Positions 16,072 through 25,618 are shown, numbered from the stretch's first letter. The stretch is DNA of 43,776 nucleotides from an uncultured archaeon (GCA_964413775.1 CAYPUO010000001.1:1-43776); one strand, 5' to 3'. The notes: generated by a model from the letters alone, not told the origin. Numbers and translations are program-made.

Positions 16072-17148
16072 GTGGCTGATTCAGGTGGACACTGGAAAAC
16101 ATTAGCCGAAGCACAGAAACTCACCCAGTCCATGAAGATTCCTGGGGTGTTCGAGGAGGACATCAAGAGGAACAACCCAGTTGAAAGAGTCACCGTCGGG
16201 CAGGCGGCAGGGACTGGTCTCAAAATCGAGTGGCTTCGGGAACTCACGACAACCGAGGAGGCGGTAGAGGAAACCGACATCGGAGACCAGCTGTCCTGGT
16301 CAGACGACATCGAGTACGAGGAAAAGGAATCCACACTCCGCCGACTGTATATCCAGCGCAAGCTCGACCACTACGTTCAGGGCATCTACGGCACCTACAA
16401 TAACTACGAAGCCCGAGTGCTCCTGGAGTCTGAGAAGGGTCTGAAGCGGCGTCTGGGTGCTCGCCTCATCTATGCCGACACGACCTACGGAGGTAGCCCC
16501 ACCCAGTTCGATGGCTACCATGCACTGGCGGCAGAGCACGGTGCTGCCTACGACTCCAGCAATCTCACCAACGACCCGAAGAACATTGACAACGGTGAGG
16601 CTGGTCTGTCCCTCCAGTATCTCCGCACTATGATTGACGAAATGAAGCATGGGGTAGATGAAATCCTGGCACCTTACGAGATTATCCGCAGGATGGATGC
16701 TGCCTACCAGGAACGAGGTTTCGTTGGTCTGGCTTCATATCCGAGTCTCGCCTTCCTCTCAATGGGCTTCAACGAACTCGGCAAGAGGGTGCTCTTCTGG
16801 GATGGTATCCCACTGGTCAGGACCGACTATCTGGTGGCGGAGCAGGCAAACACTGGCACTGGTGCTTCCAGCGACAAGAGAACCCTGTGGTCTTCGGGCG
16901 ACAGGCAGTACTCCATGATTGCCGTCAAGTACGGTATGATGATGAACGGCGAACAGAATCCTGGACTCCAGTTTGCCTACGGAGGCACCCAGGGGCAGGG
17001 CGACCTGTATAAACTTGTCCGCTTCCCCGAACTGGAAGACTACGATGCTGGCGGTGTCAGGCTGGTAACCTACGGCTCGGTCCTGCTCGGTTCAAGCCTG
17101 TGTCTCGGCAGACTCTTCGATGTCGAAGATGTTGCCATCACGGTCTAA
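16072..17148 (+). CDS. major capsid protein (HK97-fold type)
   Basis: GTG start after AAGGAG. 358 aa, positioned after the scaffold. The central LSLQYLRTMIDEMKHGVDEILAPYEIIRRM segment resembles the conserved region of HK97-like capsid families. Confidence 0.75.
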   Translation: MADSGGHWKTLAEAQKLTQSMKIPGVFEEDIKRNNPVERVTVGQAAGTGLKIEWLRELTTTEEAVEETDIGDQLSWSDDIEYEEKESTLRRLYIQRKLDHYVQGIYGTYNNYEARVLLESEKGLKRRLGARLIYADTTYGGSPTQFDGYHALAAEHGAAYDSSNLTNDPKNIDNGEAGLSLQYLRTMIDEMKHGVDEILAPYEIIRRMDAAYQERGFVGLASYPSLAFLSMGFNELGKRVLFWDGIPLVRTDYLVAEQANTGTGASSDKRTLWSSGDRQYSMIAVKYGMMMNGEQNPGLQFAYGGTQGQGDLYKLVRFPELEDYDAGGVRLVTYGSVLLGSSLCLGRLFDVEDVAITV

Positions 17149-17193
17149 CAGTCAGGAAACCCATAGAAATTTAGGAAAGGAAGGTTGAACGAA

Positions 17194-18045
17194 ATGACTG
17201 TAAATAGAGAAGTCTCACGCCCCAACTACTCCCTGCGCCTGTCGCATGGGATGGGGATTTACCTGCCAGATAATTGTCTGGACGACCTGCTGAACCTCGC
17301 CAAGCCCAATGTCTTTGACAGTAATCACTCCTCGCAGAGGTATCCCCTCGGCACTATCGCTGTCACTGATGGTGGACTGAGGCGGTTCGTCTACTGCGCT
17401 GCAGGCGACACCATTGACGACCTGGGCAGGCTGGTATCCTGTAACAACTACGCACCTGGTTGTACTAGCCACGAGGACGAGGACGGTTTTGAAGGCGTGC
17501 TCTACGCTGCTGCTGCGGCAGGCGATGAGTATGTTGACGTAGCCGATACTGGTGCTCTGGCAAAGAATGACTGGGAAGGCGGGTTCTTCACGGCATTCCC
17601 ATCTGGTGGTCCTTACGTCTGTATCCGAGTCTACGGAAACGATGCAGGCAACGAGTCGACTCATGCCCGAATCTATCTGGACAATGCCCTTCCTGCTGCC
17701 ATCACCACTTCCAACGGCATTACTGTCTACCGCAGTCCGTTCCACGATGTCAAGCAGATGGGGAACATAGTCGGCTACGAGTCTGCCATCGGCGTCCCTC
17801 TGGATGCCTTCACCTCTGGCTACTTCGGCTGGATTCAGACCTGGGGTCCTGCCTGGGTAACTGCTCATGGTGGAACTTGGCCTGGCAGTGCCGCAGAACA
17901 GCGCCACGTTTACGCACATCAGGACGGCACGATTGACCCTGCGTCAGTCAAAGACCCGACATCTGGCTACCAGTGCGTGGGCTGGCTAATCTCCGCCACC
18001 GTCTCCAGTTACGGTGATGCCTTCGTCTTCCTAACCATCATGTAA
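17194..18045 (+). CDS. virion structural protein (possible capsid decoration/auxiliary protein)
   Basis: Directly follows the capsid gene. The ATG at 17194 is preferred over the TTG at 17185. No family recognised. Confidence 0.5.
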   Translation: MTVNREVSRPNYSLRLSHGMGIYLPDNCLDDLLNLAKPNVFDSNHSSQRYPLGTIAVTDGGLRRFVYCAAGDTIDDLGRLVSCNNYAPGCTSHEDEDGFEGVLYAAAAAGDEYVDVADTGALAKNDWEGGFFTAFPSGGPYVCIRVYGNDAGNESTHARIYLDNALPAAITTSNGITVYRSPFHDVKQMGNIVGYESAIGVPLDAFTSGYFGWIQTWGPAWVTAHGGTWPGSAAEQRHVYAHQDGTIDPASVKDPTSGYQCVGWLISATVSSYGDAFVFLTIM

Positions 18046-18077
18046 CCTAAAGGAAAAAACTGAAAGGAGAAACGATA

Positions 18078-18185
18078 ATGCCTGGAAAAGCAAAAGTAAA
18101 CTCCCGAGGGACGAAGGTGATGCCGATTGAGGAGAAGAGAAAAGTCTTCCCCAAGGTGCATCCCTGCCATCAGGGAGAAAAGTAA
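18078..18185 (+). CDS. small basic ORF (35 aa)
   Basis: The ATG at 18078 lies 7 nt after AAGGAG. Not in the track. Followed by a strong hairpin. Confidence 0.35.
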   Translation: MPGKAKVNSRGTKVMPIEEKRKVFPKVHPCHQGEK

Positions 18186-18192
18186 CCAAGCC

Positions 18193-18225
18193 GAGAGGGA
18201 GGGGGCAAATAACTCCCTCCCTCTC
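18193..18225 (+). promoter_or_regulatory. strong intercistronic stem-loop (attenuator or RNA-stability element)
   Basis: GAGAGGGAGGG (18193..18203) pairs with CCCTCCCTCTC (18215..18225) around an 11-nt loop. There is no U-tract. Confidence 0.5.
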
Positions 18226-18242
18226 ATCGTAAGGAGGTCAAG

Positions 18243-18557
18243 ATGACCCAACGATACGGAAGCGTCTTTGTAGGAGAGGACTCCCCTGACGAAGCTGCTC
18301 CAGTGCTTGAGCCTCCAGGTTGGTGGTGGGTAAGACCGATAGCCGATGGAGTGGAGCTTTACTGCTTTATAAACGGCTCCTGGGAACTCCAAGTTACCAT
18401 ATCCAAGACTGACCATACTCATCCAGAAATGGGTAATATTAACTTCGTTGGCACTGTCAGTGCTGATGGAGATTTGGGGCTGACTGGGACGAAGGTTACG
18501 CCCATCGGAACTCTAACCTTTAAGAAGGGATTGTTGACAGGCTTTGTGCCTGCTTAA
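18243..18557 (+). CDS. hypothetical virion-module protein
   Basis: SD AAGGAGG. 104 aa. Confidence 0.6.
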   Translation: MTQRYGSVFVGEDSPDEAAPVLEPPGWWWVRPIADGVELYCFINGSWELQVTISKTDHTHPEMGNINFVGTVSADGDLGLTGTKVTPIGTLTFKKGLLTGFVPA

Positions 18558-18566
18558 GGAGGTATC

Positions 18567-18743
18567 ATGCCATTGGCAGTTGATAATCTTAATGAGAACT
18601 CCACAATGGAGCAAATCCGAGAAGCCATATCTAAGACCATCGAAGAACTGATGAATGAAGGCAAGACCCAGAAGGATGCTGCTGGTCAAGCCTACGGTAT
18701 GGCAAGAGACAAAACTGGTAAGGAACTAAACTTCGGGAGGTAA
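18567..18743 (+). CDS. small hypothetical protein (58 aa)
   Basis: The ATG lies 5 nt after TAAGGAGG. The frame is open and was checked by hand. Not in the track. Confidence 0.55.
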   Translation: MPLAVDNLNENSTMEQIREAISKTIEELMNEGKTQKDAAGQAYGMARDKTGKELNFGR

Positions 18744-18746
18744 ACG

Positions 18747-19148
18747 ATGATACCAGGACCTAGGAAAGATGCAGTTATTAACATTACTCGAGTGACTGAG
18801 TTCACTGGGGATGATGTTGACCAGTACTCCAAAGTAGTCGACCTGGAGGGAGCTTTTGAGTTCCTAGCTGTCTATGTCCCGACCATTGACTCGGCTACCA
18901 TTACTCCGTATGTCCAGAGAGACTCGCATATAGATACTGCGGTTGTTGCCAACGGTACTGTTCCTGTTCCCACTCACTTCTTCCATGACAACGATGCAGA
19001 TACTGATATTGCTCAGGCTACTGTAGCTTCCACTGGTGGCTACTTCATCGTCTTCAACATAGGCGGTGAGCAGTTTGTCCGAATCAAGGCGAGTCAGAAC
19101 CAGACTGCGAACAGAACCTTCTCAGTCAGAGGCTTTAACCGAGGCTAA
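18747..19148 (+). CDS. hypothetical virion-module protein
   Basis: SD GGGAGG. 133 aa, beta-rich composition. Confidence 0.6.
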   Translation: MIPGPRKDAVINITRVTEFTGDDVDQYSKVVDLEGAFEFLAVYVPTIDSATITPYVQRDSHIDTAVVANGTVPVPTHFFHDNDADTDIAQATVASTGGYFIVFNIGGEQFVRIKASQNQTANRTFSVRGFNRG

Positions 19149-19158
19149 GGAGCAACTC

Positions 19159-20223
19159 ATGGTTAGGTCTGTATCGGGCACTCTTGAGGCAGCGCAGTCG
19201 GCTAGCCAACGTACTCCATATATCCATATGGTCTTTACCAGTTATGATGCTGGCACGACCTACGACCTCAGTATGAACTCATCTGCTTATGGTAACAGGA
19301 TTCTCCTGATAGACCATGCGGAGGAGGCATACAATGACTATGCTGTTATCATTCTCAAAAACTACCCGAGAGACCTGCCAGATGATTTGGATGGCTACTG
19401 GACAGAAATCGGTTATGGCGATGTTACTGGTGGTGGCAGCGAGTATGCTGATACTTCTCGTCTCTGGGTAAAGCATCATCAGTTCATATCGGCAGCAGGC
19501 AAAGTCCTATGTATCCTTGAGCTTGAAGGAATGTGGGCGAAACTGAGAGAGACTCTGCTCCGAATTGGTTCTCCTCCATACTACATCGCCAAGAATGATG
19601 CTGGTGACTTTGGTGGTTCTTCCGCCACTGTCTATGGAATCATTGACTATATCCTATCCAATGAGGTTGACCCTGCTATGAGCCTTGATGCTCTGGCAGA
19701 GGACGATGGTATCATCAATGACCTTGAGCCAGCAGTCGAGGTCAACTCCACTCAGCCGTTTGAAGATGCGGGGCAGGTCATTTACCGACTTATCAAGATG
19801 ACCCTTAGCTTCCTCCGCCCTAAGGCAAGCATGGCGTGGGAAGTCAAGTACCCGCAGGAGGATGATGCTGAGGACCTTGCATATTACAGTAATCAGTCTC
19901 CAAAGTTCTATGAGTACGCTGAACGCAAGAACCTGCTTATCCCGAATAGGATTTACGTCTTTGCCAATGCAGGTTCTGACGGTCTTTGGACTAACATAAT
20001 TACTGCGCAGGCTGATGATACTGACAGTCAGGGCAGATATGGCGTTGTGCCTGATTTTGAACTGGCTCCTGAGATTGACAATCAGGCAGATGCCGACTCC
20101 AGAGCACAAGCTGTTCTGCAACGGTGGAGGGCAGAGTGGGTCGGTGGTCGCCTTATCATACCACATGACTGTCGTATGGAACTTTATGACCGAGTGGGAA
20201 TCTATGACTTTAGAGGGAGCTAA
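19159..20223 (+). CDS. putative tail/adaptor structural protein
   Basis: The ATG at 19159 follows TAAGGAG; the track ORF starts upstream at 19066. 354 aa, immediately upstream of the fibre gene. Confidence 0.55.
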   Translation: MVRSVSGTLEAAQSASQRTPYIHMVFTSYDAGTTYDLSMNSSAYGNRILLIDHAEEAYNDYAVIILKNYPRDLPDDLDGYWTEIGYGDVTGGGSEYADTSRLWVKHHQFISAAGKVLCILELEGMWAKLRETLLRIGSPPYYIAKNDAGDFGGSSATVYGIIDYILSNEVDPAMSLDALAEDDGIINDLEPAVEVNSTQPFEDAGQVIYRLIKMTLSFLRPKASMAWEVKYPQEDDAEDLAYYSNQSPKFYEYAERKNLLIPNRIYVFANAGSDGLWTNIITAQADDTDSQGRYGVVPDFELAPEIDNQADADSRAQAVLQRWRAEWVGGRLIIPHDCRMELYDRVGIYDFRGS

Positions 20224-20906
20224 TGCCTACAACTCTTAAAGATGCTTGTGAAGGCTCTAACGCAACAGCGCAGGTAACCAGTTCAAACTTCTGGTTGTCT
20301 GAGAGCTTTACACCTGCAACCAGTTATATAGCCAAGAGGCTTGGAGCAAACCTTGCCAAACTCAGTGGTGTAGGCACGATGTACTTCAAGCTGTATCTTG
20401 GCGATGGCTCTAATCGTCCTACTGGCTCTGCTCTTGCCACCGTGTCTTTCAGCGAGTCTGAACTTGGAGGCTATCCTGGAGCTTGGATTGAAAAGAATCT
20501 GGTTACTGGGCTTGCTTTAACTGGTGGTCGGCAGTACTGCATGGTTATTCACGGAGATGGCAGTTGGTACTTTAGACGCAACTGGGGAGGCGACCCCTGC
20601 GCAGGAATGGTTCATGCTATATCCTCCGACGGAGGGAGTAGCTGGACTGCCTATGGTACTGCTGATATTGACATCAGAATCTATGAAGTCACTGAGGTTC
20701 CTACCGTAAGCACAGTAGCTGCCAATGCTTCCTGGGATGGAATTGCAGTCCAAGCTAATCTGACAGATGAGGGTGGGGTAGATGTTACCAAGCAGGGCTT
20801 TGCATACTCCAAGGCTAACCCGACTCCTGACCCATCTACTGACGATTATGTGAGAACACAGGTAGCTTTGATACTGGGGTGTTTAATCTTGAAAAGTCAG
20901 GATTAG
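20223..20906 (+). CDS. tail fibre / receptor-binding protein, N-terminal segment (frame 1)
   Basis: TAATG coupling. The C-terminus enters an Ig/FN3-like domain (PTVSTVAANASWDGIAVQANLTDEGGVDVTKQGFAYSKANPTPD) that continues in the -1 frame. Confidence 0.6.
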   Translation: MPTTLKDACEGSNATAQVTSSNFWLSESFTPATSYIAKRLGANLAKLSGVGTMYFKLYLGDGSNRPTGSALATVSFSESELGGYPGAWIEKNLVTGLALTGGRQYCMVIHGDGSWYFRRNWGGDPCAGMVHAISSDGGSSWTAYGTADIDIRIYEVTEVPTVSTVAANASWDGIAVQANLTDEGGVDVTKQGFAYSKANPTPDPSTDDYVRTQVALILGCLILKSQD

Positions 20907-22123
20907 CCGACCCTGGAGCTACTTACTATGTTCGACCGTACTGCTATAACTCCGAGGGCTATGGCTATGGTTCTGTATATACGGTAACTCTCAGTACTAG
21001 CCCGAACATCATGGGAACTAATAATGCCAGATGGGTAGGCTATCCTGCTGGCACTTCATTCAGCGCAATTAGAAGTGGAGCAGAACTTACAGTATATGAC
21101 CCAACTGGCTCTAATCCTGACAATCTCCAAGGACCTCAAGAATCACAGACTGCATCACCTTGGCTATTCCGAGCTTTCTTCTACTTCTGTATCGTGGGGT
21201 TGACTACCGACTTTGATGGCTTGAAGTTGAAGGTATATAGCTACGAATCTTCGGAGAACGCATATGCCACTCTTGTCGGTGCAGACCTTGACTTCCCTAA
21301 GCCTACTACATCAGACTGGCTGTCAGTTAATAACCAGCCTACCAAGCTGGCGGACGACTTCTCTATCTCGGGATTACCAACTGGTCAGTATGTGGAGATT
21401 ACTCTCAATGCTGCTGGTGTAGCCTATGTCAAGGCAGCTATAGAAGCAGGCGACCCCTATGTTATGTTCGTCATGCTGACCAAGAACGACTACGACAACA
21501 ACTTGGGAGTAACGGTTCGGGATTTCTACTGGTTCTTCTATCTCACTCAGGAAACTGATAAAGAGCCGTTTCTTGAGTTTGAGAATTATGGTGCGAAGTT
21601 CTATCCGTCCTGGGACTTAAGCCGAGTGACTGCTATCCGCCATATTTATAGGTCTGGTAGCTATCGCCTGGAAGCCACTCTCGGTGATGTGTCTACTTCG
21701 GTGGAACTGGCACAGCGAACAGTCCAGATACCATCTGTTGTTCCTGCCAAAGAAGATAAGGGAAAGAGAACAGAACCTGTGGTAACGGAAGTCACTGTGC
21801 CTGAGAGGACTGCCCCAGAGCTTGTGGCTGCTCTGCGTGACGAAGGACTATTCCCTGCTTCGGATAGGGTAACTGCTCCTCAGCCTCCAGCACCAATTAT
21901 TAGAACTGAACCTTCACTGTGGCAGAGATTAACTCCCTGGAGAGAAGAAGCTGGAGAAACATTCCCATCCGAAGTTCAAGAGAGGGTGGAAAGTCTAACC
22001 AAGACTGTAAAGAGTTTCTGGCAGACTATCACTCCTTGGAAAGAGGAGGCTGGTGAAACCTTTGGCTCTAAGGTTCAGGAGAGAGTCGATAAGATAACAG
22101 GCTGGTTTAAGGGGTTGTTCTAA
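20879..22123 (+). CDS. tail fibre / receptor-binding protein, C-terminal segment (frame 2)
   Basis: This frame is open from 20843. Residues upstream of the called GTG (ENTGSFDTG) plus VFNLEKSGLADPGATYYVRPYCYNSEGYGYG complete the domain begun in 20223..20906. There is no SD before the GTG at 20879. Confidence 0.6.
   Translation: MFNLEKSGLADPGATYYVRPYCYNSEGYGYGSVYTVTLSTSPNIMGTNNARWVGYPAGTSFSAIRSGAELTVYDPTGSNPDNLQGPQESQTASPWLFRAFFYFCIVGLTTDFDGLKLKVYSYESSENAYATLVGADLDFPKPTTSDWLSVNNQPTKLADDFSISGLPTGQYVEITLNAAGVAYVKAAIEAGDPYVMFVMLTKNDYDNNLGVTVRDFYWFFYLTQETDKEPFLEFENYGAKFYPSWDLSRVTAIRHIYRSGSYRLEATLGDVSTSVELAQRTVQIPSVVPAKEDKGKRTEPVVTEVTVPERTAPELVAALRDEGLFPASDRVTAPQPPAPIIRTEPSLWQRLTPWREEAGETFPSEVQERVESLTKTVKSFWQTITPWKEEAGETFGSKVQERVDKITGWFKGLF
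21920..22117 (+). repeat. tandem 99-nt (33-aa) coding repeat, two copies, at the fibre C-terminus
   Basis: WQRLTPWREEAGETFPSEVQERVE... (from 21920) and WQTITPWKEEAGETFGSKVQERVD... (from 22019). Confidence 0.85.
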
Positions 22124-22524
22124 TGAGAAATAAAACAGGCAGACCAGACAATCAGCTACTTATGATTCGGAACTACCACGACCTGGAAAGACGGTCACTG
22201 TTGGTAGAACATTCCGAGTCTACCCGACTGGTAGAAAAAGCTGTCCTGGTATCAGAAGTGTCCAGCGATACTACACTCAATGCAGGACATGAGCTTGTTC
22301 TGGTCGATTGTTCTGGTGGTATGGTTACGATAACTCTACCTGCTGCGGCTACTTACCCCTTCAAGCAGTATCGGATAAAGAAGGTTGACAGCACAAACAA
22401 TCCTGTGAAGGTGAAGCCCCAATCTGCTGAGTACATTGACGATGAGGATGAGTGGCTGATAACCTTCCAGTTCGATTGTATGGATATTGTCTCCGACTCG
22501 GTTGACGAGTGGTTCATGGTATAG
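22123..22524 (+). CDS. hypothetical tail-associated protein
   Basis: TAATG coupling to the fibre gene. 133 aa. Confidence 0.6.
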   Translation: MRNKTGRPDNQLLMIRNYHDLERRSLLVEHSESTRLVEKAVLVSEVSSDTTLNAGHELVLVDCSGGMVTITLPAAATYPFKQYRIKKVDSTNNPVKVKPQSAEYIDDEDEWLITFQFDCMDIVSDSVDEWFMV

Positions 22525-22537
22525 AAAGGAGGAGGCT

Positions 22538-22687
22538 ATGAAAGTAACTTTGATACTCAAGGCGAAGGACAAGAAGAAGGAAACACAGGATACCTCAGTA
22601 GCCATCAAGGGAGACGCTATTGTGGTGCAGGCTGTAGTCGCCGCAGTCCATGATGCTGCCGAAGAAGCCAAGTGTGAGGTGGAGTAA
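22538..22687 (+). CDS. small hypothetical protein (49 aa)
   Basis: The ATG at 22538 follows AAAGGAGGAGG. Confidence 0.5.
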   Translation: MKVTLILKAKDKKKETQDTSVAIKGDAIVVQAVVAAVHDAAEEAKCEVE

Positions 22688-22863
22688 TGGCTTACTTTGC
22701 AGCAATAAAGATAACAGATGTCAACGGTAACATAGTAGAGCTGGTCGATGTTACTGAGTTACTGGAAGGCATACACACGGAACTCAAGGCAATCCACAAA
22801 ATCCTCGAGGAGGATACAGGAATTACAATAGACAAGGAGGACACTGAAGATGACACCGATTAA
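22687..22863 (+). CDS. small acidic hypothetical protein (58 aa)
   Basis: TAATG coupling. The frame is open and was checked by hand. Not in the track. Confidence 0.45.
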   Translation: MAYFAAIKITDVNGNIVELVDVTELLEGIHTELKAIHKILEEDTGITIDKEDTEDDTD

Positions 22864-23404
22864 AGATGGAAAGGGAAGAGGTTACCTGGCTGAGGTAAAC
22901 AAGCTCCAGGAGCTAATGGTTAATAGCCGTAGCTACTCCCCGATGGCGAAAGCCTCGGAACTGGGGGATGCCTTTGTCTGGGTAGCAGTCTCGGCAGACA
23001 TTGATGCGGGGGATACTGCATTACTGGTATGCAACGACTCCCAGACTCGAAAACTTCGCATCGGCAAGGTCTACGCCTGGTGTGATGTAGCGCAGCAGTT
23101 CAAGATTCATCTACCAAGCTATCCGACTTTGGCTGGTACTGCCGTAGTCGGGAAGTGCCTGAACGCCATGCTGAACAAGACTGCCGAGGCAACTGCGAAG
23201 GCTGATGAGACTGGCAATACCTTCGCTGCTGCGAACACTATCATCACTCTCCGCAACAACGAACTGGCTACCGATGAGTTCTCAGTGAGCCACGACTTTG
23301 AAGGTGGAGTCATTCTCGGCTACCACCACTCCATAGCCGTTGACCTGATTGCCGAACCTGGCGCCTTCGAGTGTGCTATCTTTGGCTGGTATGAAGATAA
23401 CTAA
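22850..23404 (+). CDS. hypothetical virion-module protein
   Basis: SD AAGGAGG. 184 aa. Confidence 0.6.
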   Translation: MTPIKDGKGRGYLAEVNKLQELMVNSRSYSPMAKASELGDAFVWVAVSADIDAGDTALLVCNDSQTRKLRIGKVYAWCDVAQQFKIHLPSYPTLAGTAVVGKCLNAMLNKTAEATAKADETGNTFAAANTIITLRNNELATDEFSVSHDFEGGVILGYHHSIAVDLIAEPGAFECAIFGWYEDN

Positions 23405-23420
23405 CTAAAGGAGGTAACCC

Positions 23421-25232
23421 ATGAAAGACCGAACAGTAATGCGGGCTGACCTCCGCACTGACCTGAAGGACTCGGGGGCACTCTGGTCTGACCCAGAACT
23501 GAACCGTTGTATTGAGAGAGCACACGCTGACCTCAGCCGCTTTCTCCCCAGGGCACTCATGTATGAGGAAGTCCTGAGCTTTGATGTGTCTGGTGAGTCG
23601 GTTACCTTCCCTAAGGATACTGACCCTGACTACTGTGTGGATGCCGTAACTTTCAATGGCAAGACAGCAGGCGATGTGTTCACCATTACTGCCTCACCAG
23701 ATGTGCCGAGGGTGGTTACTCTACTGGTTACGGATGCCGATAACTCTATTACTGACTGGCATATCCGAGTTCATGGTGTAGATGGAAACGACCTTGGCGT
23801 GACTGAGGACTTCTACTATGGCAACGGCAAGAGCCAGACTGGGAAGCAAATCTTCAAGACCATCCACAAGGTTGAGCTTGTCGAGGACTTCGGCGGTACT
23901 GCTGCTGCGGGTGATGTTCTGGACATAGGTATCGGAGCATACACTGACACCTGGGTAGCTCTGGCATACAAGCCTGTCAAGTATCATAGCGATTCAGGAA
24001 CTGACGATGCCAGTGCAGCCTTAACTCGCAATACCGACTACAACATAGACTACGGTAGGGGCATGGCCAAGGCGATAAGCGGAGGAATCATCGCAGCGGA
24101 GGAAGTGTGCAGCTTTACTTATAAGAAGAACCAGACGCATATTGACCTCAATGCTCTTGACGACTTCATCAGAGTCCATCGGTGCGAGTATCCTGTGGGT
24201 GAGGTTCCTCAGCAGTTCGTCCCAACTGAGCTTTTCGGCAGGTGGCTATCCATTACTGGTGAGGGGGAGTCAGACCCACAACCACAGTTAGCGGAGGGTC
24301 GGCAGGTTAGAATCTACTACGATGGGACTCATCATCCACCTACCGATTATACCCCAGGCACTTGTCCTGAGTTCCTTGAGACCACAGTGGAGTTAGCTGC
24401 TCAAGCCTATGCTCTGTTCATCTACTCACTGAAATGTACTCATCAGGCTTTGACTGACCTTGATACTGCCCGTACTGCCATAGCTGCTGCCGATGCTGCT
24501 CAGGCTGCAATCGGTACTGCATTGACCAGCCTGAAGAAGTATCTGGACAACAACAGTTCAGACGATGCTGAATCAGTACTGGGTAGCATTGACCTGTCTG
24601 CTATCGTAACTGCCCTTGACGCAGCTAACGCCTATCTGGATTCAGTGGCTACCGACCTGACCAACTCGGATAATGTCCGAGATAACTACATGAACACTAC
24701 CAACTATGTTGATGGTGGTACTGAACCTGACATCAAGACATATCTGGAGACTGGTGATGGTCTGCTTAACTCCATCACGGAAGGAGGTGAGGATGAACGG
24801 ACTCCCGAGGTCTATGCAACCTTTGCCCAGATTACCAAGAATGCTCTCGTTGCAGCCCATGAGCAGGACAGAGCCTTCTACCAGCAAGATGCCACAGCCC
24901 GAACTAATGCCGCACTTGGCTTTGTTCAGGAGGCTGCACAGAGAGCCTCCAGAGCACGAATCCTTATTGACCAGGCGGCTGGCTATCAGGGCATATCTAC
25001 GCTCTTTGCTAGGGAGGCAGAAGACCGTATCGCCCAGATTGAAGAGTATCTCCGAGAAGCTGCACAAAGTATCAATTCAGCAGGCGGAGACCTCACAATG
25101 GCAGACCGATTCCGAACTGAAGCTACAGAACGGAGGAATGAGGTCTATAACATCTGGAGAGACAGAAAGGAATATATCGGAGACTTCGCAGCCAGTTCAA
25201 TGAATCAGGTTCCGACTAACTCAAGGAGCTAA
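23421..25232 (+). CDS. large structural protein (connector-like N-terminus, Ala-rich coiled-coil C-half)
   Basis: SD AAAGGAGG. 603 aa. The N-terminus (DLRTDLKDSGALWSDPELNRCIERAHADL) resembles head-tail connector-type openings. Confidence 0.55.
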   Translation: MKDRTVMRADLRTDLKDSGALWSDPELNRCIERAHADLSRFLPRALMYEEVLSFDVSGESVTFPKDTDPDYCVDAVTFNGKTAGDVFTITASPDVPRVVTLLVTDADNSITDWHIRVHGVDGNDLGVTEDFYYGNGKSQTGKQIFKTIHKVELVEDFGGTAAAGDVLDIGIGAYTDTWVALAYKPVKYHSDSGTDDASAALTRNTDYNIDYGRGMAKAISGGIIAAEEVCSFTYKKNQTHIDLNALDDFIRVHRCEYPVGEVPQQFVPTELFGRWLSITGEGESDPQPQLAEGRQVRIYYDGTHHPPTDYTPGTCPEFLETTVELAAQAYALFIYSLKCTHQALTDLDTARTAIAAADAAQAAIGTALTSLKKYLDNNSSDDAESVLGSIDLSAIVTALDAANAYLDSVATDLTNSDNVRDNYMNTTNYVDGGTEPDIKTYLETGDGLLNSITEGGEDERTPEVYATFAQITKNALVAAHEQDRAFYQQDATARTNAALGFVQEAAQRASRARILIDQAAGYQGISTLFAREAEDRIAQIEEYLREAAQSINSAGGDLTMADRFRTEATERRNEVYNIWRDRKEYIGDFAASSMNQVPTNSRS

Positions 25233-25234
25233 GG

Positions 25235-25549
25235 ATGCTGCAACCTCCATTCTACGATAGCTTGGAGGAGTATGATATGAAAAAGAAATATCCGTTCAGT
25301 TGGTTCACTCATAACCGAGATAAGGAGGGGGACTTCGGAGTCCGTGCTGTTCTCCATATCCCGATAGGACTTTTTATGGGAGCAACTTTCCCGCTCTCAC
25401 TTGGGCTGGTTTACCTGTTCAAGTTCTACGAGAGAAATGAGGATGCTCATACGAAAGACCAGGCGTGGAAGGACGTATTCGGGGCGATGATAGGAATGGT
25501 TCTCGGAATCTCCGCAGAAATTGCTATCCTGATTGCCTGGCTAACTTAG
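25235..25549 (+). CDS. membrane protein with two TM segments (holin candidate)
   Basis: Last gene of the plus operon. Hydrophobic stretches IPIGLFMGATFPLSLGLVYLF and MIGMVLGISAEIAILIAWL. Confidence 0.5.
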   Translation: MLQPPFYDSLEEYDMKKKYPFSWFTHNRDKEGDFGVRAVLHIPIGLFMGATFPLSLGLVYLFKFYERNEDAHTKDQAWKDVFGAMIGMVLGISAEIAILIAWLT

Positions 25550-25581
25550 CCTGCCATTGGGGGCAGGACCTCCTCCTTATA

Positions 25582-25614
25582 GGGGAGGGCGGAAGTAGCG
25601 GCTCCGTCCTCCCC
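25582..25614. terminator. convergent (bidirectional) terminator hairpin between the two arms
   Basis: GGGGAGGGCGGA (25582..25593) pairs with TCCGTCCTCCCC (25603..25614), giving 12 bp with one G-U. It lies between convergent stops at 25549 and 25619. The T-tract is weak. Confidence 0.6.
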
Positions 25615-25618
25615 ATCT

